DNA of 64,000 nucleotides from contig NW_003314315.1 of NCBI RefSeq assembly GCF_000143415.4, positions 1,115,514 through 1,179,513 of the forward strand, read 5' to 3'. Below, piece after piece: positions 11,131-23,765 of this stretch. Within the stretch, counting starts at the first letter, position 1. Every line of letters begins with the position of its first letter. The notes beneath the pieces are model-generated. The model had not been told where the DNA came from, did no database searches, and saw only the letters and a list, made by a program, of their open reading frames with translations. This DNA comes from Selaginella moellendorffii (lineage: Eukaryota > Plantae > Lycopodiophyta). The translations under genes were made by a program, and so were the position numbers.

Positions 11131-13865
11131 AAAAATGAAGCTAGTTAAAGACTAGTGACTGTCAATCTATGTAAGTCGTTTGGAAGGTGACTATCATGAC
11201 TTTTTGGTTTGCTTTTAGAAAACCTGGGCAAGGTTTAGTATTAAGATTCTTACATATACACTAATATAAACAGTATTTACCATCTATGAGTAAATGTTGA
11301 GGGTTGTCACATGAATTTGATTCATAAGCTGAGCTCTAGATGTGTGAGCAGCTCTAGGGTTTTCTCAATATTCTAGAGATATGACTAACAATTGTATTTA
11401 AACTTTGGCCTTTCCTTTTCAGTTCCTTCCTTGATGCTCATAACACAATCCCTGAAGAGCATTATCCACACCCACAACTCTTAAGCAAAGAATCAGAGCA
11501 ATTTCAGTAGGAACTGGATAATATTTCTAGCCACCAGAAGTTAATCTAGAGCTTTACCATGAAGGCACTTGCATTCATGAGCATTACATATACTTTGTTA
11601 CATAATGGACAAGCTCTATGTGAGAGATGGCCATGCAAGTAAAGCTATAGTAATTTTAAAAATAAAGGAATATACTATACTATAATGTATTTATCTGCTT
11701 TTGACAAACTAAAAGGAAATAGTACCAGATTTAGGCTTATGCTATTATATATATCTTCATTAGGAAAACTTTATTAGAAAATGAATAATTTGTTAGTCAT
11801 AAAAATAAGAAATGATGGTGTTAATTAACTTTTTATCAAGAAGGTTAGTAAGTGAAAGTTAAGCTCAAATTGAGTAAATTATAGAAATATATTTTTAAAA
11901 TTGTGTTTATCAAGATGAGTTTTGATAGCATTAAAATATGTTAAAACTTAAATTTTTTACTTGATATAATTGTCAATATTAAATGGTATTTATAAATACT
12001 TAAGTTTAAGCAGTTTTTATTTTTATTTTAAAAATATTTATATATAATAAAGATAATTATGATATATATATATATATATTATTGTGAAAGTATTTCTATA
12101 TATCCAAAACATTCTCACATTTGTTCATTATATCAAATTTATTATCACATTTAGTATTTATCATAAAGAGCAAAGATCCTCGGCATACATATTATATACC
12201 TATATTATATTATAGTTTAAATAGTAAAATAACACGAATTTATAAATTCTTTAAATTTTTTAAAATAAAAAAATAATTGATTAAAAAAATTAGTATGTTC
12301 AACATGTTTCTATAGTTTCTTATACTATATATATCATACACCTATAAATATTGAACTGTTAAAAACCATACAATATCTTTATTAAAACTATTAAATGGTA
12401 GGATTTTAGTGTTGCTCCAAAGACACATTTATTTATAATATTATTATTATTACATATTTTAGTGGAATGGGATGGTGGCTCTATCAACTTCCAAAATGAT
12501 CTACAACTCTTCTAATACACTATTAAAATAAATGATTTAAAATTATTTATTTTAAAAGAAAGGATTCAGAAGATTAGCATGAGAGTCTGAATCCCTCTAT
12601 AGATGTGGATCATCAAGCTTAAGTTCTTGTTTTCCTATTTTAATTTTGAAAGATTAGGTGCACTCTTAGTGTGTGGGTGACCCATTCTATCCGTGATCCC
12701 AATTTCAGGGAGCATGTATCCTAATATAGCGCTGACTTCTACTTTATCTCTCTAGATGAACGTGGTCGAAATCGGCTGAAGGTTCACTGCATCTGGACGG
12801 TCGAAACAGGCCGGGAAAAATCCAGTTGAAGTGAACATTATGACAACATAGAAAAAACACAGAAGGCCACTGGAAGAGAAGCTTCCTTTGTTTTTAACAC
12901 GTTAGATAGATTTGGGCCAGCTCAAAGCACGATAAGCATGTAAAGAAAAAATAAAAATCTTTCTCAAACCAAACCATGACACGGTACGTCCAGCGCAATT
13001 TCGTACGTGTACGGCACGGAGTGGCCCTTGGACGCATCCAAGAGCCACTCCAAGACATGCATGAGCATCGTTTAGTTTAAGTACTTCGCATATCCGGGCC
13101 AAGTTATGCACATATGCTTTGGCTAAACTAACTAAACACCCAAGTTTAGCAAGTTCTCTTTGACGCTCATGAAACATTGCTTTCTTTATATAGTGACGCG
13201 GCTACTCGACCGAGCAGGGCCTTGATCCCGAAACACGTGCCGGTCACTAGAAACTGGCTGCATGTACGGTACTCCGTCTGTGGTGGTGGTGAGCCGGTCC
13301 GTGACCAGTAGTGGACCAAAGCAAGTGTCTCGTGATTTAGATAAAGCCGGTCAGCTAGCCGGTGTGCTCATCTTGGCCATTGGGGGTGTTTTAATCGTTG
13401 ATTAGCGGCTGGGATTGGGTGGAGCGGCTATGCTTTGGCTGCACGTCATCGGGTAATAACCAACAGTAACAATGTGACCACGCTGCACTGTTGCAGCCGT
13501 TGGATGGGTCGCTCATCGACGGCCGCGTGCTGGAAGCTTGGATAGGAGAGGGGGGTCGCTCTCTCTATATTTCGCTGCGGGCTGGCATTTCTAGATCCCT
13601 GGCTAGGGCTTTGGATCGCTGCGAGGGAGCTGAAACGTCGCGCGGGGTTTCTTTCTCGCTGTGGCAGCCTTTCCGCGGCGATCGGATGTGTTTTTGATGC
13701 ATTTCTTGGTGCTAGGGCGGCAGCGATCGCCAATGCGATTCTTTTGATCGATCGAGCATGCCCGTGATAATGCGAGCTGACGGCCTGCCATTGTTTCTTC
13801 TTTTTAGAGTCTGGGAGACATAGTGGGATCGCGGCAGGCAGCGCTCGGAATTTCAATCGGGGGCC

Positions 13866-16487
13866 ATGACCTCGTCGCAAGAGTTCTTGGAGGAGGAGGC
13901 GGTGGCGGTGGAGGGAAATATCCAGGAGGAGCTGCGCCACCGGTCTCACGGCAGCGGCGGGGGAGAGGAAGCTTTTTCACTGCATCGGGCCACAAAGGCC
14001 GAGGTGTGCCAGGAGATTGTCAAGCGGCTCCAGGCGGAGAATCACGAGGCTTTGGAGGATCCCGGATTTCTGGAAGAGCTACAGGCACATTTCAATCGCT
14101 TGCCGACGAGGTGAGATCTGTCTTGGAATGCTGGACGGTGGTGACACCGGCTTGGAACCGGGATGAATTGGTGGTGATCCAGGTATGCGTTGGATGTCAA
14201 CACGGAGAGGGCTGAGGACGTGCTCATGCACAAGCGATTGCTGCAGCTCGCGGAGAATCCCGACATCAGGCCCGTCTTTCACGTCCGGATCGTCCAAGTA
14301 AGTGCGTGCCTTTCGTTTCGAGCAGATTCGAATGCGCTCGCTCCCATTCTCCGATACTTATGCTGCGAAAACAATACCTGACCATACTAGGTCCAGCAGC
14401 GCTTGGACGAATCAGTACCAGGAGACCAGTGCATGCCCGTGCCTGAAACTCAGCTGTAAGTCTCAAGCTCAGCTACCTATTGCTTCCAAGTCTTAACTAA
14501 CGATGATGTTCTCTTGTTTCAATCTTTTTTTCTTCCTTCCGTAGTGTACATCCACCTCCTGCATTTGGTTCTTCTCCGAACCTCGAAGCTTTAGTCCTCG
14601 ATCTGAATAAGCCTTCATCTGATGAAGATCGAGAGAGTCATGCGGATAATTCCCCAAGGTACGATTACGCTTTACATATATCCATCCATCCGCAACGCAA
14701 CGGATGTTTCTTGTGCTCAGCCGTGGACTCGCTCAGATCTTTATGCACGAAGTGACGATATCAACTATAGATAAACCCAAGCTTTTAAGCCAGGTAATAG
14801 TTTTTGTCCAACCGCCAGTTCAGTAGTCAAGTTTATCTTTCATTCTCTATTGACAGCTATCGGCTTGGCTTGCCGACGTTGGATTGAATATCCAAGAAGC
14901 GCACGCTTTCTCCACTAGAGATGGGTTTTCTCTCGATGTCTTCGTAGTGGACGGCTGGTCATGTGAGGTATGCATCCTTGCGTAGTTGATTTTTATCCAG
15001 TGAGATTGCCTATCAGGATACGGAGGGCCTACAGTTGGCAATGGAGCGAGCATTGGCTGGCATTGAGGTACTCACTCGTCTCAATGTTCTAGATACTAAG
15101 ACATTTTCGCTGTTGCAGAAAGAGGCGTGGACCAAGCCGAAATCTCCCACCAAAACACTTTCAAATGGCCGCAGGCACGGTCATGTAAAGATTCCTTTTG
15201 ATGGGAAGGATGATTGGGAGATCGATAGTGAGCAGTTGAAACTGCTGCATAAGGTGGCTTCTGGCTCCTTCGGTGATCTGTAAGATTTTTTCTTGTCGTT
15301 TTGTTTTCTTTCCTTGCACTTCAACTTTTTTTTCTTTTTCCAGTTTCCGAGGAGTGTACTGCGGGCAAGATGTTGCAATTAAAGTGTTGAAACCCGAGCG
15401 TTTGAACGAAGATTTGCAAAAGGAATTTGCTCAAGAAGTCTTCATCATGCGGTAACCGCTATAGCATTTCGTAACATTGTAAATTGATCCTTTATTCTTC
15501 CAGGAAAGTGCGCCACAAAAACGTTGTGCAGTTTATAGGAGCATGCACTAAGCCGCCGAACTTATCTATAGTCACTGGTCTGCAAGCTGTCTCTGTCGAG
15601 ATTATCGATTTGACTTTGTCCTTGCAGAGTACATGTCCGGTGGAAGTGTTTACGATTATTTGCACAAGCATCGATCCGTTTTAAAACTACCGATGGCACT
15701 GAGAGTGGCTATTGACGTGTCAAAAGGAATGGATTATCTGCACCAGAACAACATAGTTCACCGGGATTTGAAAGCGGCAAACTTGTTAATGGACGAGAAC
15801 GAGGTAGAGTGTAGACTTACCTAACCTAGATGTTCATCTTTGCTGTCACGTAGGTTGTCAAAGTAGCTGATTTTGGAGTTGCAAGAGTGAAGGACCACAC
15901 TGGTGTGATGACTGCAGAAACGGGAACTTATCGTTGGATGGCACCAGAGGTAATTGTCAGCCATGGTCTGCATGCATTATAACGGAAGGCCGCATTTGCA
16001 GGTTATCGAGCATAAGCCATATGACCACAAGGCTGACATCTTTAGTTTTGGCGTAGTTTTATGGGAGCTTTTGACGGGCAAGGTACATGATTTGTCATAT
16101 CAACTCTTTCTTAATACGAAGGCCTTTTGTTGCAGCTGCCTTACGACTATCTCACACCGTTGCAAGCGGCTGTTGCAGTCGTTCAGAAGGTAATATTGAC
16201 GGAACTTCTGCTACTTGACAGAACGCTTAAAATTCCAGGGGCTGCGACCTGTTATTCCGAAAAACACTCATCCCAAGCTTGCTGAATTGATGGAGAAATG
16301 CTGGCAATCAAACGCTGCAGAGAGGCCGGAGTTTTCAATAATTACTCTAGTTTTGCAAGACGTGTATAAAGAGGTAATTTCCTCCTTGAGTCGCGTAGTG
16401 CTCACGGAGTATTCCCAGATTGGAGAGGAAGAAAGCGAGAAGAAGAAAAAGTCTGGAATCTTTTCAGCTTTCCGGCGGAACCTGTGA
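13866..16487 (+). CDS. ACT-domain Raf-like STY protein kinase (STY8/17/46-like), multi-exon
   Basis: [45 protein letters not shown] domain ([38 protein letters not shown]), kinase motifs [20 protein letters not shown]; GT-AG introns. Confidence 0.93.
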
Positions 16488-16792
16488 CCATTCATTGACA
16501 TGTACATGGTGATCCAATTTTGCTACTGAGGAGAGGAATTGGCCCCTGCGGATTAGCTTACATGGTTGGCTGACCAATAAGCCAGAGGTACAAGCTCACT
16601 GCTGGCGATACTTTTTGGCGCAATGTTTACTCACAGGTTATAGAACTCCAAAGAAGAATGAGTGGCTGGTTCCAAGACTGTTCGTAGAGGTTGGAAGCAC
16701 GTAGGATGGTTTCGTGGCTCGTCACGGTAGACAACAGTGTAGTTATTTCAACGTTAACTCCAGGGACTGAGTTCCAGGAAAGCTGGAAGTCT

Positions 16793-18697
16793 CTAGTCTG
16801 GTTCCAAGGTCCCTGGAGCTTGCAATTGGCGGTCCGAGAAGAACCAGAGGTTGGACAGCACGATGTAGGATGTGGCATCACTCACGTCCATCTCCAAGAG
16901 GCGTCCGGCCAGCGACACTCCCTTCTGAAGATTACTGTGACTTCCACAGGCGCCCAGCAAGCACTTCCACTCCAAGGCGTCCGGTTCGAATGGCATGCTC
17001 CAGGCCAGCTCGTAAGCACTGTCCGAGAACCCGGCTCGGCCCAAGAGCGTGATCACACAGCAGTAGTGGTGCTTGATCGGGCGCATCCCAAAGTCAGCTC
17101 TCATGGACTGGACGCAGCACCTTCCAGCGTACAAATCTCCGGAATGGCAGAAAGCCAGCATGGCCGAGGCAAAGCAAGCATCGTCGACAGTGTGGATGAG
17201 CTTCATCGAGTGGAAGAGATCCAAGACCTCGGCTGGCTGTCCGTTTCGAGCGTAGCCAGCGAGCATGGAACTCCAGGAGATCAGATCTGGCGAGAGAGTT
17301 CTGTCCAGGATTAGTCTGGCCGCAGTGGTGTTCCCCGCTGCAACGTGCATGGCTAGCAGCGAAGTCCACGAGAGAACGTCCCGGTGTGGCATGAGGTTGA
17401 AGAGCTTGATGGCGTCCTCCGCGAGACCGGACTGGCAGTAGGCCGAGAGCATGGCATTCCAGGCAACCAGGTTCCGCTGCGGCACCGAATCGAAGACAAA
17501 CTTGGCCTGCTCGATCTGTCCAGTTTGAGCGAAAGCCGCCACCATTGTCGTCGCGGAGACGAGGTTTATTTCCGGGATGCTCGAGAAGAGATCCACAGCC
17601 TCGTGGACGTGATCGTTCTGCGAGTAGGCCGCGAGCATGGCGTTGAGGGAGACGAGGTTGATCCTTGGGAGCCTTCCAAACAGCGCTCTGGCCTCAGCGA
17701 CTCTCCGGCTTCGAGCATACGCTGCCAGCATCGCGTTGCAGGAGACCATATCCTTTTGTGGCATCGCAGCAAAGAAATCGATGGCTTCTTCCAGGAATCC
17801 GTTCTGGGCGTATCCAGCGAGCATGGCGTTGCAGCACACGACGTCCACCTCCTCCAGGGACGCAATCAGGCGTCGAGCTTCGGTGATATGCCCGGTCCGG
17901 GCATAGGCAGTGAGCATGGCGGTGATGGAGATCAAGTTCCTCTCGGGCATGGCCTCGAACAACCGCCGGCACTCGTCGAGAGATCCGTCCTGTGCACACG
18001 CCGAGAGGAGCGCATTCCACGACACGATGTTCTGGCAAGGCATTCGAGCAAAGAGCTCCCTGGCCGCCTCCAAGTCGCCGTTGTGGGACGAAGCCGATAG
18101 GATGGCGTTCCAGGAAGCCATGTCCCACTCGGGCATCTCCCCAAAGAAACGTCTCGACTCCTGGAGATCCCCGTTCTTCCCGAAGGCCGAGAGCATCGAG
18201 TTCCACACCACCTGACTGCGCAGCGGGATCTCGTCAAACACCACCTTGGCTTCCAGCAGCTGCCCGTTCTGGGCATACGCCGCCAGCATCGTCGTCCAGG
18301 AAACCAAGTCCTTGGCCGGCATTCGATCAAACAGGAGCTTGGTTTCAGGCAAGTTCCTGTTCACCGAGTACGCAAAGATCATGGAGTTCCAGCTGAAACT
18401 ATCCCTGTGAATCCCCATGGAGTCAAACACCTGCCGTGCTTTCTTCACCAGCCCGGAGCTCCCATACATCTGGATCAATCTGTTCGATACGAGAACCGCC
18501 TCGTCCTCCATCTCAATCCCAAAACTGGTACTGTGATCCATGGCTCCGAACTCTCGGCTCTTGTCTAGAGGAAGACGTACGAGTTGTAGTCGTAGTCTCT
18601 CTTCGGGTTCATGAGCGTGCTCACGCCTTCGTGGTGGCAGACGTGAGTGTAGAACTGCTTCTTGTTCCGCGGTGGTGGCAGCGGCGTGAAGGGCCAT
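16793..18697 (-). CDS. PLS-class PPR protein with long array of short repeats and E domain, no DYW
   Basis: Single 634-aa ORF with ~14 repeats of about 31 aa (VSWNAMLAAYAQNG..EA..LF..MP) and an E domain (HYCCVITLLGRAG..MPFEPDALEWKCLLGAC). Start is either 18697 or 18541. Confidence 0.92.
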   Translation of the reverse strand: MALHAAATTAEQEAVLHSRLPPRRREHAHEPEERLRLQLVRLPLDKSREFGAMDHSTSFGIEMEDEAVLVSNRLIQMYGSSGLVKKARQVFDSMGIHRDSFSWNSMIFAYSVNRNLPETKLLFDRMPAKDLVSWTTMLAAYAQNGQLLEAKVVFDEIPLRSQVVWNSMLSAFGKNGDLQESRRFFGEMPEWDMASWNAILSASSHNGDLEAARELFARMPCQNIVSWNALLSACAQDGSLDECRRLFEAMPERNLISITAMLTAYARTGHITEARRLIASLEEVDVVCCNAMLAGYAQNGFLEEAIDFFAAMPQKDMVSCNAMLAAYARSRRVAEARALFGRLPRINLVSLNAMLAAYSQNDHVHEAVDLFSSIPEINLVSATTMVAAFAQTGQIEQAKFVFDSVPQRNLVAWNAMLSAYCQSGLAEDAIKLFNLMPHRDVLSWTSLLAMHVAAGNTTAARLILDRTLSPDLISWSSMLAGYARNGQPAEVLDLFHSMKLIHTVDDACFASAMLAFCHSGDLYAGRCCVQSMRADFGMRPIKHHYCCVITLLGRAGFSDSAYELAWSMPFEPDALEWKCLLGACGSHSNLQKGVSLAGRLLEMDVSDATSYIVLSNLWFFSDRQLQAPGTLEPD

Positions 18698-19604
18698 TGG
18701 TGCTCGTTCCTGTACCTCGTCTTGATGCCACCCAGCGGCCGCTTGAACTCGTCAAAGTGCTCGTCTTTGTCGAAGGTGGTGGCGAACTGGTTGTACTTGG
18801 TGCTTTTGCGCTTGCCTCTCACGGTTGGCCTTCTCTGGAAATGCTTGCCAGGAACGATGGAGTAGAACTGCACACAGAAACGATCAAAGCTTGCAATCAA
18901 AGACAAGCTAGAGTGTTACCCGCTGAGGAACTTTGCCTTCGTATTCCCTGAAAGGAGGAACCCATTCGGGCTGGTGCGTGTAGCGAGCCGGCTTCTTCGT
19001 CGAGCGCCAGTCCTCCTGGAGCGAGGCGTCGAGGTACCAGTCCTCGAAAATGGATGGCCTGTGTCGCGTCGACCTCCACTTATCATCGCCCTTGCTCTCG
19101 TCGACGTGCTTTACAGCGTGCTTGCTCGACCTCCATGGATCGGATCGGTTATCAGGCGGGCCTGGAACTTTCTTCACGCAAGGCCGGAATGGCTTCTCGC
19201 TGCGCGAGCCACTTCCAGGATCAATGTAGCGGTGGCAAGGCCTCCACTGTGATAGAACACACAGTGAGTGAGTGAGAACTTGCAAATAAACATAGAGCAA
19301 ATGGTTTCGTTACCCCGTCTGGATTTCGATCGATCAGCCGCTGGTCCAGCGTCGATTCTCCAGCGCCAGGGACAGCAGTCCTTGCGGATCGATGTGGTGC
19401 CTCATAGCCCACATCTGGATTGATGTATCTTAAGTTTGGACGAAACTGCGAAGAACAAAGGAACGCTTACCTTCTGGAGCAGTGCCTAGGAGAGATTTCG
19501 GATCTTACCGGAGGCTCCTGCGATGGGAACCTCTCGTAATATCCCGAGACGGTAGGAGCCGAGGCACATCGCTCCCGGTGGTAGCGACGGAAATCTCTTC
19601 CCAT
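18565..19604 (-). CDS. Uncharacterised basic Pro/Arg/Trp-rich protein, ~292 aa, 4 exons
   Basis: Exons 19604-19471, 19428-19314, 19246-18920 and 18867-18565 join in frame with GT-AG introns. Internal repeats RHCSRRYINP, WRPCHRYIDP, FRPCVKKVPG, WRSSKH, WRSTRH, WRSTKK. Confidence 0.7.
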
Positions 19605-19928
19605 AGTCTTTGCGCTGCATTCCAAGAACTATCAAATCGATGCTCCTAGCTCGATCTGGATCGATAGACTCGCCATACCTGGATGAAGGAGGAGGCTGGG
19701 ATCGCAATGGCGCAACGCGACCTAGCTCAAGGCTATCTAGAGACGCGACCACTGAGATTTCCCACTCAAAAGATCTAAACTTCACACCAACGGCTGGGAT
19801 TCCCCATCGCCTGGCCCCTTTCCGCGGCGGAATGGCTAGGGCATATGGCTTATAAGGCGGCAGTGGAGAAAAATAGGTCCCATTTGATTCTTTGTTCCAG
19901 GGTTGGGGTTGGAGAGCGCCGCGCCCAA

Positions 19929-20635
19929 ATGTCTACGCCATCAAGGAAGCGCTTGATGCGAGACTTCAAGCGCCTCCAACACGATCCTCCCGCGGGAATC
20001 AGCGGCGCGCCGCAGGACAACAACATCATGCTCTGGAACGCGGTGATCTTCGGGTAGGAATGTAGCCGCTCGGCACTAGGGTATCGATCTAACTCTTGGT
20101 TTCGTGTTGCAGGCCGGATGACACTCCCTGGGATGGAGGTGAGGTTTTAGAGCTTTTGGATTTTTCCGTGTGTTTTGGTTGCTAAGCTTAAGCTTTTGGT
20201 GGCACTGTACAGGGACGTTTAAGCTGACATTGCAATTCACAGAGGACTATCCCAACAAACCTCCCACCGTGAGGTTTGTTTCCAAGATGTTCCATCCCAA
20301 TAGTGAGTCCCTTGCTTCTTTCTTTGAGTTTCTTCTTTTTCTTACTCATCTCTTCGCAGTTTATGCTGATGGAAGTATTTGCCTCGACATTCTGCAAAAT
20401 CAATGGAGTCCGATCTACGATGTTGCGGCAATTCTTACGTCCATACAGGTTTGGTTTTTTTGCTCGCCTTTGTTGGAATAGACTTTCTTACACTTACCCA
20501 TCGCAGTCACTGCTTTGTGATCCTAACCCAAACTCGCCGGCGAACTCCGAAGCAGCGCGGATGTATAGTGAGAACCGTCGAGAGTACAACCGGAGAGTCC
20601 GCGACATTGTGGAGCAGAGCTGGACGGCGGAATAG
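19929..20635 (+). CDS. UBC2: Ubiquitin-conjugating enzyme E2, RAD6/UBC1-2 type
   Basis: [58 protein letters not shown]...VEQSWTAE; 5 exons. Confidence 0.95.
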
Positions 20636-21021
20636 CCTGGATTTGTGGGGTAAGGCAGCATTTATGAGTGATCTTTTGCAATATATTTGTTGCATTGGCT
20701 AGCTCAAATGGGATCGCAGCACTTGCTTGAGTATGTATATGTATATACTACGTAGCGTGGAATGAATGTGGAGGACGTTTTATTGCAAACTCTCACGAGT
20801 CTTTGCGTTGAGTCTTTGTGTGTCTGTCTTCTGTGTATGCCTCTTTGCTTAGCAATAACTCTTTGGATGTCATACAAAGTCTTGTTTTCCAGGTCTGAGA
20901 AACACGTATGGCTGGCCGTCACAGGTAATCTGTGTATCCTTTAGTACTTTATTCAGTGAAATGTGTGCTGCTCCAGGCACGCATAAAGAATGAAAAAGCA
21001 ATCCGGAAAACTTTGGCTTGT

Positions 21022-22790
21022 CTATAAGCCAGCTGCAAAGGGTACACTCTGTGGCACCCATGAGTTGCCATTGATGAAAGACTTCACCGTGAACTTACTA
21101 GCCACCTTCTTGTCTGTGATTCCAGTCGACCATTGAACGCGTTTGCTTCTGTCAGAACCAGGGCCAGTGTTTTTATACTCACCGTAGAACAGAGTGCTGA
21201 GAGCGAAGTCTCCGTTCCACTCCAGCCATCCACGGGGTTCAATTATATCGCTGATGAACGACTTCATGAAGACTGTCCGTGAGTAGAGCTTCCACGGCCT
21301 TCCAAGGTACGATGGATGTTGTGCAATCTCGTTCCTTAGCTCAGGAGTTGCATCTATCTTGCAGCTGATGAAAGACAGGCCTGTGGTCTGCCTCTTATCG
21401 ACGCGCCCCTGTGCTGTGAAGGTGACTTGCTGGCCCGGAATGCCAACTCTGGCCAAGACGGTGCAGTTCTGGATGACAGCAGCTCCGTTACCAAAAACAA
21501 AGTCGACGGTACCCATGATGAGGCAGTCTCTGTAGAACTGGCGGAGCGTGTGTGCGTAGAGCGTGTCCTGGAAGGCCTCGAGAGAGCACCGGTAGAAGAC
21601 GACTTGGTCTGCACTTACTCGAAGTGCTACGGCTTGGTGGTTCTCAGGTCCAGCGGTGTTTCTGATGGTAAGATCTCTTGCAAAGAATCCTTTTCCACTG
21701 ACAACTGAAAACATACCAGGTTAGGCGTGCTGGAGGCAAAGATATGAGACTTACTAACGGTTGCCGAGTTGAAAGTGGTGACACCCGACTGCTGGACGTT
21801 CTTGTTTCCTGTGATGATGGTTCGGCCGATACCGTCTCCAACCAGCATAATGTTTAAGGCCTTTTTCGGTATGACAACACTTTCTGAGTAAACTCCCGCT
21901 CTTACGTATATGACGAATGTTTTGCTGCTTTTCAGGGGTGCAGCATCTATGGCGTCTTGAATCTTCTTGAAGTCCCCATTTCCATTCTTCGCAACGACGA
22001 CGTTCGGGGTGAAATTTTTTTTCTGCTGCAGCAATCGTCTCTGAGCAGCTGAGACCCACTCGGGGATGGAATCATCGCCATCGAGAGCCTGGGGAGTTTC
22101 TTCGAGCAGCCGGCGGACAGGGATGGAGTGAGGCAGGGAAGGAAGCTGTGAAAAGAAGATGGTGGCCACAGCGAGAGCATTGCTCAGGATCTTGTGGGCG
22201 TAGCCTCCCTCGACATGGAGCTTGTCGCTGACAGTGCCGCTGATACCTTCGAAGCCATCGATGCAGGTATCGTGGAACGTTAGCGCAGAGCTGAGTGATG
22301 TCAAGAGATCGTCCACTGACGATGCTTTGCTGAGCAGGGACTTGATATCGATGGAGGCGATGGTGAGGTTGAGCTGGTCCAGAGCACCGTCGAGGTTGTC
22401 CACGCAATCAACGAGCGCGGCTTTGGTGGTGGCGTTGACTCCGCTGTTGAGGTACTCTTCCGTCTTGTTCATCAAGCTCTGGATTTGCTGCTGAGCCACA
22501 CGAACAGCCGACGCTGCCAGATCGTTTGGAGTGGCATTGTCCGGCGTCGAGGACGAGAGCGACGAGACACACTCCTGGGGGAAGTCCGTCTGCTGGCACG
22601 TAGCTTGGAGGAGATTGACGCCGCCTTTGCTGCTGCCGCCTTTGCCACTCCCGCTGTTCTTGTGGATCCCCACGGCAAGGCAGACCACCACCAGCACCAG
22701 GACAATGCTGGACAGGCCGATGACGAAGTACCTCTTCCTCACTCGCTTCACGTTGTGCCTGGTTTGATCGTATGGATCCATCGCCATCAT
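21022..22790 (-). CDS. Type-I pectin methylesterase with PMEI pro-domain, 2 exons
   Basis: N-terminal TM, PMEI cysteines, two RRLL processing motifs, QAVALR, QDTLY, DFVFG, YLGRPWK. Intron 21705-21754. Confidence 0.93.
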
Positions 22791-23192
22791 CTTGGATCCT
22801 CGACAACGCTAGTGACGAGCTTCTTCTCAAGTTGCTTCCTCCATATATTTGTTTCTCGGGACATCGCTGGCTACGTGCGAACGTTGTCTCCACGTTGACA
22901 GGTTTTTAAAGTTTTTCCACTAGGCGTTACTTCACGTTTGTGGTATTGACTCCCAAGGATTAAAAATCGTTTTCATGGTTGGAGGCATCAAACTTAAGGC
23001 AGTGTTGTCACAAAGATTTAAGAGACAGAACGGATGTTTGTTGGATTCCCAGTGACGAGAGTAGTAAATCCATCGTTGTGGCGTCAAATTTAAGAAAGTG
23101 AAAGGGTACGAGTAAAGAATACAAGTAAAAGCGCTGGCTCATCTTCCGAAAGTTTTTTCTAAGTACAAGGAGTATTATGAATCTACCTAGCT

Positions 23193-23611
23193 TTAGGAGG
23201 TCGCAAGAACAATGACAAGAATCACAAGGCCGACAGTGAAGACGAGTGCCTGAGCCAAGATCACATTCATCCCAAGAGACCCAAGAGAAAAACCAGCATT
23301 TTCTTACTGCGATTGCACAGGCTGCGAATCCGGGGCGCTCCCGAAGATCTCGCTGGAATCGAGGGAAGAAGAAGACGAAGGTACCGTAGTACCAGAAGAG
23401 CGGCACGATGAAACCCAGCAAGAAGCTGCAAGATCACAGTTCCAGGAGGATCAAAATCGATGAATCAATCAATGACAGAGAGACAAAAAAAAACAAAGAG
23501 AAAATTTGCAAGAGCTTGCCTGCACCATCCAACACCGCATCCACAGCAGGGCAGCGGCTCATCCCAATCGCCATCGCCCCGCCCGCGAAGAAGGTGGTAC
23601 GAGTCTGTCAT
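23193..23611 (-). CDS. Small membrane protein of the '60S ribosomal protein L18a-like' plant family (88 aa), 3 exons
   Basis: MTDSYHLLRG..DEPLPCCGCGVGWCSFLLGFIVPLFWYY..RDLRERPGFAACAIAALVF. Exons 23611-23520, 23425-23308, 23249-23193; first intron is GC-AG. Confidence 0.8.
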
Positions 23612-23765
23612 CTTCGAGCCCTAAATCTCGATCCCAGCGCACTCTCATGAGGATCTGTAAAAGAGCAAGCTGGACGTTTGGAATCAATGGAAGTTTTCGC
23701 ATTATCTCAGCACCAAAACAGAGAGGAGAAAGTTAAGAGAGCCACTCAAACAGCAGGGAAAGCAC

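Noticed and set aside
11650-12560. Very AT-rich block as a MITE or Helitron
   Set aside because: No TIRs, TSD or 3' hairpin-CTRR end identified by eye.
12750-12840. Hammerhead-like CTGA...GAAA spacing
   Set aside because: The core reads CTGAAGG rather than CTGANGA, and the flanking stems are not convincing.
16691-18396. Long plus-strand ORFs opposite the PPR gene
   Set aside because: Antisense shadows of GC-rich coding sequence.
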